Shown here: piece after piece, positions 39,920-52,038 of the stretch
Layout of the letters: each line of letters starts with the position of its first letter
How positions within the stretch are numbered: the first letter of the stretch is position 1
DNA from: Moniliella sp. 'wahieum'
Taxonomy: Eukaryota
Assembly (NCBI GenBank): GCA_003971905.1
Contig: RSEE01000044.1
Span: 248,001 to 312,000 of the forward strand
DNA: 64,000 nucleotides
Reading direction: 5' to 3'
Program-made: the position numbers and the translations under genes
The notes under the pieces: model-generated
Seen by the model: the letters and a program-made list of their open reading frames with translations, nothing else
Database searches by the model: none
Told to the model about the DNA's origin: nothing

Positions 39920-40913
39920 GACGAGGGCAGAGTGGTGGTGTGGACACGGTCAGTAATACTACGTGAGTACAGGCAGCCGAAAAATTGTATATCGGGACCA
40001 CTACCTCCTATTCCGCCTCCGCTCTTGTGCCCCCATCCACGAAAACTACGCTGCACACGTCCGAATGCTTGGCGATGGCGTTTACATAGCACGAGGTGAG
40101 GCCGGTGAGGTAAATAACACGCTAACTCGCAGTGGTGTAACATGTAACGTTGCCAATTCCTCTTTGCTGTTCAGCGCCAGCTCGCTACAGAAAAGACGAC
40201 TGGGGCTGGTACATGTTACGCGCCAGATGCGCGCAAGATGGCCGGGAGTGCCCGGTGATCCGATTACTCGATTACGCGTTACGCGTTACGCGAGTCCAAG
40301 TCACGCATCATGCACCACCGGTCACCCGGAACGTGTCACGTGACTTTTATCACTAGATCTGGAATGGCCCCCACCGGAAATTTGAAAGGGGAGATAAACC
40401 GGAGATTGGGCAAGCGAAGTAAGTAGGAGATAATGACGTTGCGATGGCTGGGCGTGGCCGGGGGGGCGCCGAGAGGAGGCGAGTAATCGGGACCATCGAT
40501 CATCATGCATCATGCATCATCGACAATCGCAATTAATCATCGAAACGCACCACGAGCACCTGCTTGATAAGGACGTACGGGACGGTACACAGGTAACTAA
40601 GTACTACTTGACAGTTAAGCTTCAACTCGACGAAAGAGCCAAGGGGAGCGAAACGTCAACAGCTTGCGTTAAAGCACCCACGTCGCCGTGTCAATGACAG
40701 GTCATCCCCCAACACATCAATGATGCTCATCATGCCCCGTAGCACAACAATCGACAGAAGACGTGATTGATTATCCAGGATTCAGGATTCAGTATTTGCC
40801 CAGCGCGCTTCCAGCGGTCCAGCCGCATTCTTATCCGCCCGGGCCCCTTTTTCTACTCCCTGCGCCGGCCACACCACCATCCTCCCTCTCCTCCAACACC
40901 CCGTTGCACCCCA

Positions 40914-43015
40914 ATGGCCACCTCCACCCACCCCATTGCCGCCGGCGGGTACTCCCGCACCGACTACCCCTCCCTGCCTGCGCTCGCCGCCAGCGTACGC
41001 GCCAACGTCAATCCTATCGCCGACTCTATTCGTACCGCCTACCCCGCCGTTACCCAATGGCGCACCGCCCTCACCGACCGCACCTACGACCACGCCTCCC
41101 ACCCTGCTGCGCCGAGCTTTGCCCAGGTCCTGGCTGCTGCTCCCACCGCTGAGCTCGTGCGCGTCCTGCCCGGTCTTTCGGACGCTGCCCAAGCCGTCCT
41201 GTTCGCTCCCGGTACCGCGCATTCAGAGCGAGGGGCCGCCACGCTGCTCGATGCGTCGGCACTGGTCCAGGCCATGAAGCAAGGCAGCGGACAGCGAGCG
41301 AGGTGGTGGAGGCGACGCTGGCTCGTACGGCGATGGCACAGGAAGCGCTGGGTGCGTTTGTTCATTTGCTCGCTGAACCGGCTCGTGCGCGCGCCAAGGA
41401 GTTGGATGCCAAACGGGCGCGCGGCGAGGCGTTGGGGCCCTTGCATGGCCTCCCCATTAGCATCAAGGTTCGTTTCTTCCCTGCCTGGGCGGGTTGGATG
41501 GGCGTGGAGTGATTGGAGAGGAGGGGGGGGGGGCAGTACGTACGGTGGCTAACCCCCAATTTGTTCTACCGCCACGCTTTGCACAGGGCAACATTGGCGT
41601 CCAGGACACGCTTAATACACGCTGCTTTATTGTTGACGCGCTCCGCGCCGAGGAGGTGGTCGATCCCACCGCTCCGGGGGCACAGTGGCTCGACACGAGT
41701 TTGATTGGGCGAACCGACGCCTGAGGAAGAAGCTGTGATGGTTCAAGCCCTCGTTCAAGCTGGCGCGATCGTCGTGGCCAAGACAACAATGCCAACGACC
41801 ATCATGCAGCTCGACACGCGCTCCCTTGCCTTTGGTCAAACCCTCAATGCGCACAACCTTGCCCTTTCCCCCGGCGGTCGAGTGGCGGGGAAGGTGCCTC
41901 CGTCTCGAGTGGGGCCAGTGCACTGGGTTTGGGCAGCGACATTGGTGGTTCCATCCGTCAGCCAGCGGCCATGTCGGGTCTGTGGGGGTTCCGACCTTCG
42001 GCGTTCCGCTTATCGTTGGTGGGCTCACGCTCGCCCGGACCGGGCAACATGGGTGTAGCGCCCGTGTGTGGACCGTTAGCACGCAGCTTGCGCGACGTGC
42101 AACTCTTCATGCGCACCGTGCTGAGTCCCATGCGCTCGCGGGTACCAGGCGCTCTGGGACCGCGATGGCAGTCTCCAGCCACGTCCCTGGGCCGAGGGGG
42201 ACGACGACACGGACCCAGCGCTGGTTCCGTCGTGGACTGAGTTGGGGCGCAAGGTACGTCAGGCGCGCGGGCTCAAGACCAAGTTGGTCATTGGGGTGCA
42301 ACGGGACGATGGGGTGGTAGTGCCGCAACCGCCGATCCGACGTGCATTGCAGCATGTGGTCGACCAGCTGATTGCCCTGAGCCAAGGCGAGGGCAAAGAC
42401 TGGCTCGAGATCAAAGAATTGCCTGGTCCGTTGGGCGACCACAAGGTGGCCTGGGACTTGATCCGCTCGCTCTACTGGCAAGATGGGGCAGTACGCACGC
42501 GTGCGCTGCTTGCTGCAGGCCAAGAAAAGTTGGACCCACTTACCGAGTTTATTCTGCAGGAACCCTATGTCCCCTCGGCGCCGCTGTCAGCGAGCAAGGT
42601 GTTTGACCTGCGGGCCGAGCGGGAAGCGTACAAGGCCTATTGGCGCGCGTGGGACCAGGCGGGAATCGACGTACTACTCTGCCCAGCCACCACCAGTGTC
42701 GCCGAACGTCCCGAGACGGGCGTACTACTGGGGCTACACGTCCCAGTGGAACTTACTCGATTACCCTGCTCTCTCCTTCCCCTCGGGTGTGGTGGCCAAC
42801 GCAGAGCTGGATCAACAGTTTGTCGAGAAGGAGAAAGCCCAAGCGCGCACCCGCGGTCCGTTTGGCGAGGACGATGCCCGCGTCGCATCCGAGTACGCTA
42901 CCTACCGCCACGCCTTTGATGGCGCCCGGCTGGACTTCAGCTCGTGGCCAAGCGCGACGAACCGCTGATCAAGGCAGCCGAAGTGGTGGATGCTGCGCTA
43001 CAAAAGCAGGCGTAA
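40914..43015 (+). CDS. amidase-signature family enzyme (acetamidase-like)
   Basis: GPLHGLPISIK (catalytic Lys), AGAIVVAKTT, GG(S)SGGEG across a frameshift, GSDIGGSIRQPAA, YWGYTSQWNLLDYPA; intron 41468-41586. Confidence 0.92.
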
Positions 43016-44730
43016 CGCGTACCTCCTCGGACCCACAAGTGGCAGAGATGAAACTGGAAAGAAGAGGGCGGGCCAATGGAAGCCATGTGGGTTTGGCCTG
43101 AGCGCTCATTGAGTTCAACGAACTCATCCAGTGACGGAAAGGCCACATTCCACACATGGTTGCACCCCCCCTCCCCCAACAAGCAGGCAAAAGCTCACCG
43201 GGCTCGCATGGCCCCGTATCGAGTATCTCGCTCTGTCTCTTGCTCAGTATGCTGTGTGAATATTGAATAGCAATCCTATTTCCAAAGTGGAAGCTTTGAA
43301 GCTACGCTGGAGATCAGACTTGGTCAAGCCCGCTGCATAATGGTAACCGGTAAAAAGAGTAGGACCAGAGGTGGAGGAGCGATGATCGATAGATCGATGG
43401 ATCGATGGATCAAAGGATCGATGGATCGAAGGATCGTGGGCGTTAGGCCTTAGGCTCAGGCTGGGCAGTGGCTCCAGGGCCTTAGGCTCAGGCGCAGTCG
43501 CTAGTCGAGGGAGGCAAAAACGGGGGCAAAATGCAGGGCGGGGCAAAATGCAGGGCGGGGCACTGGAGGGCCCTGGCGGGCCCATGCCTTCCGTCTTAGA
43601 TCGTAGGGAGCACATCGATGATCGAGGATCGATGATCGATGGTCGACGAGACAGCCGACGACTGAGATCGATGAGACCATCATGCATCACACATCAGAAT
43701 GCGTAACTAGTAACTGCCAGAACCACCCTGTGGTACAAGATGCCCGAGCCAGAAGACTATACCCTGCAAGGATAGATACGCGAGTCAGACCAGGCCAGAC
43801 CCACCCCAAAGCACTGAGGACATTGATGAGATTGATGAGAACGGGTCCGAGCCAGGAAAGGAGTGAACCAGTGCGAGGCATGGATTGCCTGTGACAAAGT
43901 GGCATGTGAGCGTGGGCACACCCAACGACGCGGAGGCGGGGGTGCATCGAGCATCCTTTTTTGCCTTGCACAGCCCCGGCGTCAAGCTTCAAACTTCAAA
44001 CTTCAAGCGAGACCGGCGAGTCCAGCGAGATGGGATGCCCCCACGAATCGGTAAGGAAGAGCGCAGGAGTTGGACAACGAGGAGCGACGGTGGAGGAAGA
44101 CACAAAACCCGTACGCAATGGACAAGGCAGAGCTGTAACAGCTGACACGAGAGACAAGACGCAATAAGAGACAAGAAACAAGACATAAGACACACGAGAG
44201 AGACGAGAGACGAAAGACGAGAGACGAGGGACGAGGGACGAGAGAAAGGCAATATGGGCACCGAACGCGGTAGGGTAGGGTGAGACCAAGAGAACGGCCT
44301 TGAGGGAAAGGAAGGAGAACCGCGAGGGCCGGGGGGGGGGGGGGGGGAAGGCACGCATGGGGGAATAAAGTGGCGGGTCAGAGGGGAGTGGGAGTGCTGT
44401 AACGAAAGAAATCTCTCTGCACCGTGGGAGAAGGAGCGTTGTCGACCCACTTGGGGCCGAGGAAGAAAAGCGAATGTGAGCGAGAAGGGCAGGTATCAGG
44501 CCGAACTGGGGCGGCAATAGGTATAAAGAAGAGCGAAGAGGAAAACGGCGCAAGACGCACGGCGCACAGCGCACGGGCGCGAAACGCAAATGCGAAACGC
44601 TTGGCTTGGTGGTCGGCACCGCCTGTATAGTGCTGTTGCATCGGGGTCAACCCAGGCCCAGCACTATACTAGGTCGTTTGCGACCAACAAATAAGAAAGA
44701 GAAAGAAACCCCGGGAGTTGCAACGTTGCT

Positions 44731-45700
44731 TCACGGTTCGGTCCGGCCACAAGCCGAGTCGGAAGCTAAGCGCGTGCGCAGTGGCAAGTCTGTCTCGGCA
44801 CTGAGAAACTGGGTCTTCAAGGCGGGCTGAGTGGCATGGTGCGTGATCACGCGGCCTTTTGGTGGCCCGGTCGGGGCTGCGACACAAGACCATGCGTCGG
44901 ACCCGCTCCACGGTGCATTTTGCCCCGGCAAAAGCGGGAAGGTGGAGGTGAATGCCGTGGCGGGAGCTGACAGCAGGCCAAAGCAGTCCTCTTCCGCCGA
45001 AGCAGCAGGCGGGGTGGTGGTGGCAGTCGACATGGACATGGCCGAGCCTGGCGCCGAAAAGAATGTGGTCTGGCTGGCATAGGTGGGACAGCTGAACGGT
45101 TCATCGGAGAAACCGAGTCGGTAGGTCCGATGGGGTCAATGGGGTCAACGGAGTGGGGGTCGTGCAGAGCCAGGCCAGGAGATTCGGAAAGGAAAGGGAG
45201 CTGCTGTGGGGACCGATGCGAGGGCGTGAGGGGCACAGCAAAGGAAGCGCGACCACGGCGCGTGGCGCTGATGGGAGTGACGGGTAAGGGTTCCCAGTCG
45301 TCGTCCGGGGGCGGGATGGGTGGCTGCGGGTGCTGGGGAAGCGGAGAGCCAAGGGAGCCGGGGGCTGTTTACGAGCGCGCCCGCCCCATTGGCCGGCGGA
45401 GAAGCCGGCTGGGACTGGGACGGAGACTGGGACTGGGATTGAGACGGGGCCGGGGAAAGCGCATCGGCTGGAGCGGGCCCAGCCGGGAGCATCAGCGGGG
45501 AGCAGGCGGGGGCATGCGGGGGAGGATTCGGGGGAGAAGGGGGGCGAGGGGGAGGCGGCGGGCGGGGGTGCCAAAAGAGAGGCCGAGGAGGTTGGTCGTG
45601 GGCGGCAGGGCGGAGGGGAAGGCGGACTGGGGCGAGCATGCTGGCCGAGGGGTGGTGGGGGGGGGGGGGGGCGAAGCGGAGGCCGTGGGGGAGGTATATG
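44731..45700 (-). CDS. possible low-complexity Pro/Ser-rich hypothetical protein
   Basis: Protein-like fragments (SQSQSQSPSQSQPASPP; TFFSAPGSAMSMSTATTTPP..EEDCFGLL) on one strand; start not identified. Confidence 0.3.
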
Positions 45701-46798
45701 GAGGAGGGAGGCAGAGGCTGGTTGGTGACTGGAGGGCGGGAAATGCGTGGCGGTCACGCGTCAACCCGACGTGGAAGCGTGAAGCGCTCGGCAGGCGGAG
45801 TGAGCTGTCCGTGCGCACAGCGGCGCCATGCGAGGGGATGCGCCGGACAGGTGATTGTGATGCGTGAGACGCAGGCGATGGATGAGATCGAGCAGACCCT
45901 GAGATCTGCGATCTGAGACCGCCTGACATCTGAGATCCCGCACAGGCAGGCAGTGTGGCATGGTGGACGTGTGATGCATGTGATGCCCGCCGATGGAACT
46001 TTGGCATGGCAGGTCGGTGGTGTCGATGATGGTCCACCGTCGATGGGCGAGCCTACAAGGAGCGGTGCGGGGGGGGGCATGGCATGGAACGTGCGACCGA
46101 GTAGGCAGGGCGATTGAATCGGCGGCCCGATTCGGCGGGCGTGTCCGCCTCTTGGCTGGCTCCGGGTGGATATAGGGGGTGTTGGATCGGGTCGATGGGT
46201 CGATGGGGCTGTGCGTAGACCGCCGTGTGCTCCGCGCCACGCCGACTGTCTCTAGCGTGGCGCCCCCCAGAACACGTGTGGTTCGTATGGCCCATGGGCT
46301 CGTGAGGCCCACGGCAGCCCCGGCGGTGGTCGGCTCTCCTGGTTGTCATCCATATCCACTACCCAACTGCTCCCCGTTTTTGTCTCTGTCTCGGGTGCAT
46401 AACTAGACCGTTTGCTAGGGTGGAGGCATGTGTGGTCCCCGGCTCAGGCGCAGTCGGGAGCTAGTCACTGCCAGGTCACCGGCGAGCCTCAGCGCCTCGA
46501 CCTCGGCCTCGGCCTCTTTTATAACGCCACTGGGGTACTATGTTCGTACTTACTTGGAGCTACGAGTTCTGTAACGCAGGGTGGCGGCTATGTTGCCGTT
46601 ACCCTGGTGGCTGCTGTTGCATCTTCCATCTTGCCATCGCACCGACTCACCACGTCATGACGCCACGAGGTTGGGCTCGGGACAAGCGAAGCCCGTCCTC
46701 TTTTAAAATAGCGCGCATTGGAGAAGCTTATTATAATGTGCCAACACGCAAGCGTTGAATCCACGATGCTTCTTCCTCTTCTCTTCGACTCTCTTCCG

Positions 46799-47007
46799 TG
46801 TTGACCACCAGTGGTCTAGAGCCCATCGGCCTTCAGTGACACGTGGCCCGATCACACAGTGCACCGGGGCAGTGAGTTCCGACCCTTCCACGGGTTTCCA
46901 CTGGCCTCCAGGCCAGGAGCCTATCAAGGCCATAGCTCTAGCTCTCCTTAGCTCTTGAATGCCATCTCCATCGACCATCGCCAGCATCGCTAGCTAGGCC
47001 TGTGACA
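46799..47007 (+). repeat. 5' LTR (209 bp)
   Basis: Matches the 3' LTR except for three 1-nt deletions in short homopolymers. Confidence 0.97.
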
Positions 47008-47153
47008 GAGCTACAATCTGAAGCACCCCACTGGCGCAAAGGATCAATACTCAGCACCACCATCGCGCCACCGTCACCCACACACCACCCCAACGCCACC
47101 ATCGGCACCACACCAACCAATTCAAAAAAAAAACAAAGGAAAAATCAGCCACC

Positions 47154-48499
47154 ATGCCCCCCGAACTGGAAGAAAACACCCCTCCTCCCGAAGTCTCTGT
47201 CATCGAAGAGGCGCAGGACATCGACGAACGACCACCACCCCTGTCTCCGACCCGACCTGGCAACAGGCCCTCACCGACGTCAGAGACAACCTCCTCGCAA
47301 GCACCCGCGCGTTCAAGCCCACAGCGCTGACAATCTCCGCTCCACATGCCGCTCGTTCGCTACGGATGCACCACGGCGGCGTATGGACCGAAGAGCAAGA
47401 AAACCCGGGCGGAAAGGAAATTGGATCTACACGCTCACCCTCGCGTTGGAGAAATATGTATTGGCCGTTGAATTCACGAAGCCGCAAAACACCCGTGAGG
47501 CCCTTGCATCCGCGAGTGAGCATGGCCGAGCTTCGCCACGCTGAGAAACGCGCGTCAAAAGAGATCGAGCGTACCAACGCGACGCGCAAGGACGCCTTCC
47601 GCGACCCCACCGAATTGCTCTGGGAGCCCTCCATCCTCAACATCCTGGACCGCATCCCCCCGCCGCGAAGGACATCGTTCGCTCCGGTCCATCGTCCCAC
47701 ACTACGACTCGTCCCTCGATCTACGCCTCCAGAACCTTCTGTGGTCCCACCTCCGAACGACTTCAATCTGCCATTTTGCACAGGACAACGTTGACACGTC
47801 GCTGACTTGCTCCGTGCCCTGCGAACAAATACGGTACGGTCGACTGCAACGTATCATGAATTGTCCATCGCTTTCACCACTGCTACCAAAACCGGCGCAG
47901 CGGGAGCGCGTTCCTATCTGAAATGGGGACGCTCCGCAACCGGATCAGCGCAACCACACCGTGTCGGACGAGCAATTCCGCCGTATCCTCGTCGGGGCCC
48001 TCCGCGACCTGGTGACGTCGCCGCCTAGAAGCACATGACTCTGGCGGAGACAATGCAAGACGTTGGAGAGAATCCCAGCGACCCCGAGTACAGAATTCCG
48101 TACCGGGCCGTCACCCCGGACCGCCAACTCGGGCGCGGCAAACACGACAGCGCGGGATCCCAGCAGCATAGCGGGGGTCCTCCTGCCGGTGCATCTCCCC
48201 GTAGCGGGGTCTCTTGCGAGGAAAGCCGTCCGGCCACACCGGGGTTCCTTCGAACAACAAATGGCACCGCAACAGCTCCGCGCGAGCGCACATTGCCACC
48301 GAAGACGACGTTCTCGAAGGGGAGACCTGTCTGTGGACCTTGCCCTATCTGACAAATAGGAACTCGCGGGCAACCAGGACATCCAGTCTCGTCACGACTC
48401 GGGCGCGGATCCTAGCATTGGAAGGATCTCAGGGTATTCAAAAACCCTCAAGCCCAGCAACCGCTCAATCGAAATCGCTGATGGAAACTATTAAAGCCA
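47154..48499 (+). CDS. copia gag and protease region (frameshifted in this consensus)
   Basis: GCCACCATG at 47154; protein-like fragments; aspartic-protease DSGA motif at 48396-48407. Confidence 0.7.
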
Positions 48500-51400
48500 G
48501 TGGGCGGAACATGTAGCATCGGTATCAAGTGTACCGACGGCAAATGTATCCATGTTAGACTACCCGGCAGTCTATACGTCCCCGGCATAGCAAGCAATCT
48601 CACGAGCGTAGCGCAAATAAGTGACGCAGGCCACGCATCCTGGTTCGCCCCCCACCGAAAAGGTATCTGGTTAAATGACAAGCATGGCAAATATCACCAA
48701 ATCGCGGATTCCTCATACAAGCTGAACATCGTCCCGAAACCGACACCCACAAACGAACACGCGGCCAAAGCTGCCGTCGCCACCCAACACACCGCAGCCA
48801 ACACCATCGAGCACGTCATGTACGTTCACCAACAGTACAACCACGCCGCGCTAGACCTACTCCCGACACTAACCGCCAACGCGCGAGCGAGCCTCCGCGT
48901 CAGCCCTGCCCAAATCCGACGCATCCGCCCCTTCTGGCATTGTCCCACCTGCACAAAAGCTCTGGCCAAAGCGCCCAGCCACCCTTCGCGCCACGGCCGC
49001 CGCATTTCGGAACGTCCTTTCGAAGTACTGCACGCCGACGTAGTCGACCTCCCTCGCATCACTGGCATGGGACATGGATACGCCCTGGTCGCGGTTGATG
49101 ACTGGAGCCGTTACACCTTCGCTGTTCCCCTAAAGACGAAAGGACAAGCCACGGCGGAGCTGAAAAAACTCATCACCCGCGAGCAACGCATCGGAAAGGA
49201 CCGTCTGCTTCGCATCTTGAAGACAGACAATGCCCCCGAGCTCACCAGCGCACTCCGTCCGTTCCTTGAATCCGAAGGTATCACGACGGAAACCACCATA
49301 CCAGGCCAAAGTCAATCAAATGGGGTGGCCGAGCGAGCCATCCAGGCAATCACCACACGCGCGCGCCAACTCATCATCGCCTCGGGCCTCCCGACATCAA
49401 ACTGGTGGCAGGATGCCTTGCTGGCAGGGTGCTGGACGCACAACCTCATGCCACCGACATCTCCACGCCAGGGCACACAATCTCGGGCTGAGCTGTACAA
49501 GGGGTCACCCCCACCGCTGCCAATGCACGCCTTCGGATCCTTGGCGTACCTTCACCTGGCCCAGGACCAACGTGACCATAAGCTCAGTCCGCGGGCTGTC
49601 GAAGCCATGCTCGTCGGGTACGACGCAGGTCGAGGTACAAAGGGTTGGCGCTGGGCTGTGTACGACCCGTCCATGGGCACGTTCCGATCCCAATGGGCAA
49701 AACCATACAAGTGGACCCAGCGCCAATACCACGAGGTTTTCCCCGACCGCTTTCCGCCTGACGTATCTCGCTTCCCCGCTCAACCCCTGCCTGACAGAAC
49801 TATGACTGACACTGAAACCAAAAAGGGAGAAGAAAAAATGAACAAAATTGAAGTTGCAAATCCCAACACACCACCGAGAATCAACACTGATACTGACGCG
49901 ACCATCGCAAGACAAAACGACACCCATCCAACCACCCCCACCACCAGACGGTACCCCGCCCGGACCCACCAGCGCCGTTTTGACCTTGACTGGGCACAGC
50001 TCCCCGTAGCGGACGACCCTCATGATGGTGACTTCCACGCACACGCTGCCGCGCTGCCTCCGGTTCCCCTCCCTGACGGTAGTCGTAGTCCTGCGATCGG
50101 CCTACGCTTCCCACTGCCCGACACTGCCCTGCCCGCGTACAGCGACGGTCTCCATCCGCCTGAATACAAGGCGATGATCGCCCTTAGCGAGCCAGGGCCG
50201 CACGAGCGCATCCAGCTCACCAAGGACGGAGTACCTGTTGCACCCAAGACAATGAAGGGCCTCCAATCACACCCCTCATTCGAACCAGTGCTGGAGGCGA
50301 TGCGCACGGAAATCGACACCCTAGCCCGCTACGGCACATTCGAAGTCGTCACGCCCCCTCCAGACGCGCAGCTGCTGATTGGTCTATGGCGCATCAACAC
50401 CAAAACGGACGCGGACGGAAATTTCCTACGCTACCGAGCCCGTCTCGTTGCCGGGGGCCACCAGCAGGATGCTGACACATGGGGACAAACATTCGCCCCT
50501 GCCGTGCGCACTCCTGCCATCCTCAGCCTTATCGCCCTTGCTGGAAAGTTCGGCCTCCACCTCTTCACTGCTGATGTGCACTCTGCCTATTTGAACGCTC
50601 CCCTCACGGAAAAAGTGTACCTCCGCCCACCCCCATTCTTTCCCGAGGAAAAAGGCAAGGTCTGGCGTCTCCGGAAAAGCCTATATGGCCTCCACCAATC
50701 CGGCGCAAACTGGGCGGTATTCATCCGTGACTTGCTCCGCGGAGACATGGGTTTTGTACAATCTCTGGCTGAGCCGTGCTTGTTCATCCGACCCCGTAAA
50801 GGCGACACGGTCCTCCTTGCCGTGCACACCGACGATCTTCTCATCGCCTGCACGTCTCACGCACGCTACGATTCCTTCCTCACTGAGATCAACACCCATA
50901 TCGAGGTGCGGGGAAACGGCCCCCTACACTACCATCTTGGCTGCCAGTACGACACCATAAACGGGAAACTGTACCTTAGCCAGCCAAAATTCATTGAGGA
51001 ATCCATTGCCAAACATGAGGTTCCGCCACCCCTGGTTATGGGCCTCCCCCACCCCAGCAAGATGATCCCCGCGCGCACCGACCCCGAACCGCCCGCACTG
51101 CCCGCCGAGAGACGCGACTATCAAGCCAAAGTAGGATCTGGGCTGTGGGCTGCCCGCATGTGCCGCCCTGATGCGCTGTTCGGCATCTCAGCTCTAAGCC
51201 GAGCAACTGCCGATCCCTCCAAGGCCCACCGCGCTGCGGCAACAAACTTCCTCCGCTACCTCTACGGTACCAAGGGCTACGGTCTCCGACTAACACCCGA
51301 GCCTGACGCACCCGCTCTCGCGCTATACACGGATGCCGACCTGGCTGGAGACCCTGACCAATGGCGTTCCACGTCGGGATGCCTGCTTTTCGTCTACGGG

Positions 51401-51832
51401 GTTCCAGTGTCCTGGAGGAGCGTGCGTCAACCCAAGAGCGTCACCAACACTGCTGCGGCCGAATATACGGCGGGATATGAGGGCCTCATTGATGCGAACT
51501 ACGTTAAAAACATCTTACTGGAGCTCGGTGCCATCACCTCAGACGAGCCCATACACTGGTACTGCGACAACATGGCGGCACTTGCCTTGGCCGAAAAAGT
51601 GGGCAGCACGGGCAAACTACGTGAGCTGAACATCCGGTACCACAACGTACGCCAGCATGTCGACTCGGGCGAAGTCAAAATCGCGCACATTGCTGGAAAC
51701 GAGAACCCGGCCGACATCCTCACCAAACCAGCCACTAAGGTCTCACTCCTGGCCAACTTGCCTCGCCTCAAGCTTGAGGACGTTACAACCTTCCATCGTG
51801 CCACTGAGACCTCTGGCCAGCGGGGGTGTTGA
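48500..51832 (+). CDS. pol: copia pol: integrase, reverse transcriptase (RVT_2), RNase H
   Basis: Uninterrupted 1110-codon ORF: H..H..CPTC zinc motif, LHADVV/KTDNA/NGVAER DDE, YRARLVAGG, DVHSAYLN, LYGLHQSG, VHTDD, YTDADLAG, AEY, YCDN, NPADILTK. Confidence 0.97.
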   Translation: MGGTCSIGIKCTDGKCIHVRLPGSLYVPGIASNLTSVAQISDAGHASWFAPHRKGIWLNDKHGKYHQIADSSYKLNIVPKPTPTNEHAAKAAVATQHTAANTIEHVMYVHQQYNHAALDLLPTLTANARASLRVSPAQIRRIRPFWHCPTCTKALAKAPSHPSRHGRRISERPFEVLHADVVDLPRITGMGHGYALVAVDDWSRYTFAVPLKTKGQATAELKKLITREQRIGKDRLLRILKTDNAPELTSALRPFLESEGITTETTIPGQSQSNGVAERAIQAITTRARQLIIASGLPTSNWWQDALLAGCWTHNLMPPTSPRQGTQSRAELYKGSPPPLPMHAFGSLAYLHLAQDQRDHKLSPRAVEAMLVGYDAGRGTKGWRWAVYDPSMGTFRSQWAKPYKWTQRQYHEVFPDRFPPDVSRFPAQPLPDRTMTDTETKKGEEKMNKIEVANPNTPPRINTDTDATIARQNDTHPTTPTTRRYPARTHQRRFDLDWAQLPVADDPHDGDFHAHAAALPPVPLPDGSRSPAIGLRFPLPDTALPAYSDGLHPPEYKAMIALSEPGPHERIQLTKDGVPVAPKTMKGLQSHPSFEPVLEAMRTEIDTLARYGTFEVVTPPPDAQLLIGLWRINTKTDADGNFLRYRARLVAGGHQQDADTWGQTFAPAVRTPAILSLIALAGKFGLHLFTADVHSAYLNAPLTEKVYLRPPPFFPEEKGKVWRLRKSLYGLHQSGANWAVFIRDLLRGDMGFVQSLAEPCLFIRPRKGDTVLLAVHTDDLLIACTSHARYDSFLTEINTHIEVRGNGPLHYHLGCQYDTINGKLYLSQPKFIEESIAKHEVPPPLVMGLPHPSKMIPARTDPEPPALPAERRDYQAKVGSGLWAARMCRPDALFGISALSRATADPSKAHRAAATNFLRYLYGTKGYGLRLTPEPDAPALALYTDADLAGDPDQWRSTSGCLLFVYGVPVSWRSVRQPKSVTNTAAAEYTAGYEGLIDANYVKNILLELGAITSDEPIHWYCDNMAALALAEKVGSTGKLRELNIRYHNVRQHVDSGEVKIAHIAGNENPADILTKPATKVSLLANLPRLKLEDVTTFHRATETSGQRGC

Positions 51833-52038
51833 CCACCAGTGGTCTAGAGCCCATCGGCCTTCAGTGACACGTGGCCCGATCCACACAGTGCACCGGGGCA
51901 GTGAGTTCCGACCCTTCCACGGGTTTCCACTGGCCTCCAGGCCAGGAGCCTATCAAGGCCCATAGCTCTAGCTCTCCTTAGCTCTTGAATGCCATCTCCA
52001 TCGACCATCGCCAGCATCGCTAGCTAGGCCTGTGGACA
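51827..52038 (+). repeat. 3' LTR (212 bp)
   Basis: TGTTGACC..GTGGACA, followed by TSD TTCCG. Confidence 0.97.

Larger units (their letters stand above)
46799..52038 (+). mobile_element. full-length Ty1/copia LTR retrotransposon
   Basis: TG..CA LTRs at 46799-47007 and 51827-52038; 5-bp TSD TTCCG (46794-46798 and 52039-52043); purine-rich AGCGGGGG before the 3' LTR; domain order PR-IN-RT-RH. Confidence 0.98.

Noticed and set aside
48357..48407. TAG in frame with the protease DSGA motif, suggesting gag-pol stop-codon readthrough
   Set aside because: A single missing base near 48393 would join the open ARAHIAT..SLV frame to HDSGA. With the local indel rate, readthrough cannot be supported.
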